A stretch of 64,000 nucleotides of DNA from Carpediemonas membranifera BICM (lineage: Eukaryota > Protista > Fornicata), in the NCBI GenBank assembly GCA_019828565.1, contig JAHDYR010000025.1, positions 186,001 to 250,000 on the forward strand. The letters are read 5' to 3'. The notes beneath the pieces were generated by a model that was not told where the DNA came from, did no database searches, and saw only the letters and a program-made list of their open reading frames with translations. Made by a program: the position numbers and the translations under genes. Of this stretch, positions 63,388 through 64,000 are shown one piece after another (the first letter of the stretch is position 1; each line of letters opens with the position of its first letter).

Positions 63388-64000
63388 ATGAATCCGCAGT
63401 CTTCTCACTTGAAGCAAAATGCTGCTAACAGGAAGGATATGTTGGCATTAGCATCAATGGTTGCCAAACTTTCATCAAATGAGGGCTGCAGCCACCTGAA
63501 GGACAAATATTACATGTACAAGAGCGAATCTGAGGCTGCAGGCAATAATCTGAGAAGCAATAGCGAGAATATGCGCCGCAGGATCAGGGAATGCATCAAC
63601 CTGCTCGGAAAAGTCTCCGAAGGCCGCTACGGTGCAGACGCCATTCGCCAGCAGCTTTCCTCGCTCAGTGCCCCCCTCGGCGCCCTCACGGACATCATAG
63701 CGCAGAATAAGGAAGAGTACGATCACCTCTCGGCTCGGTCGACCCAGCTCCGGCGCACGGCCTCAGTTCTGGACGAGCTTCCCTCCTTCCTGACTGCCGA
63801 GCCGCAGCACCGCACCCGGGGCGTCCCCGGGCCCGCCGTGAAGGTTTGGAGCGAGGAGGCAGAGAAAGAAATGAAGCACGAGGCTGCCCAGCGGTGGCGC
63901 AAGGGAGAAGAGCGGAGGAAGGCTGAGCATGCTGAGGCCATAGAGGCCGAGGCTGCGGCGAAGAAAATGGAGGAGGCTCGCAGAGTGAGAGACGAGCAGG
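63388..64000 (+). CDS. 5' part of a coiled-coil hypothetical protein (runs off the window)
   Basis: Open frame MNPQSSHLKQ...RVRDEQ to the window end, preceded by a TAAACTGCACCG motif. Confidence 0.6.
   Translation, partial: MNPQSSHLKQNAANRKDMLALASMVAKLSSNEGCSHLKDKYYMYKSESEAAGNNLRSNSENMRRRIRECINLLGKVSEGRYGADAIRQQLSSLSAPLGALTDIIAQNKEEYDHLSARSTQLRRTASVLDELPSFLTAEPQHRTRGVPGPAVKVWSEEAEKEMKHEAAQRWRKGEERRKAEHAEAIEAEAAAKKMEEARRVRDEQ

Overview
Very gene-dense, GC3-rich eukaryotic (protist) chromosome segment with about 35 protein genes, mostly on the + strand. Intergenic spacers are often under 100 bp, and the few spliceosomal introns are tiny (28-32 nt). The architecture, the flagellar genes and the RCC1-repeat genes suggest a free-living metamonad such as Carpediemonas (inference, not verified). 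Recognisable genes include PIERCE1-like, TMEM120, PAF1, VPS52, SDA1, an E(z)-like SET protein, TFC4, ARL13, HELQ-like, AP-2 alpha, THO2, USP36-like, PABP and PCC1. The standout is a frameshift-interrupted Fanzor (eukaryotic TnpB-like RNA-guided nuclease) at about 8.6-10.5 kb with an intact RuvC D/E/D triad. It is followed by a ~200-nt hairpin-rich candidate omegaRNA and bracketed by a 20-21 bp direct repeat that recurs just upstream of unrelated host start codons. Other oddities: an in-frame ARL2-TBCD fusion, an alpha-adaptin with a beta-adaptin-type ear, a solute-binding-protein/class C GPCR-like receptor, a USP with catalytic Cys replaced by Ser, and bacterial-type desaturase and RsuA genes. 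All homology calls come from motif recognition by eye; no searches were run.
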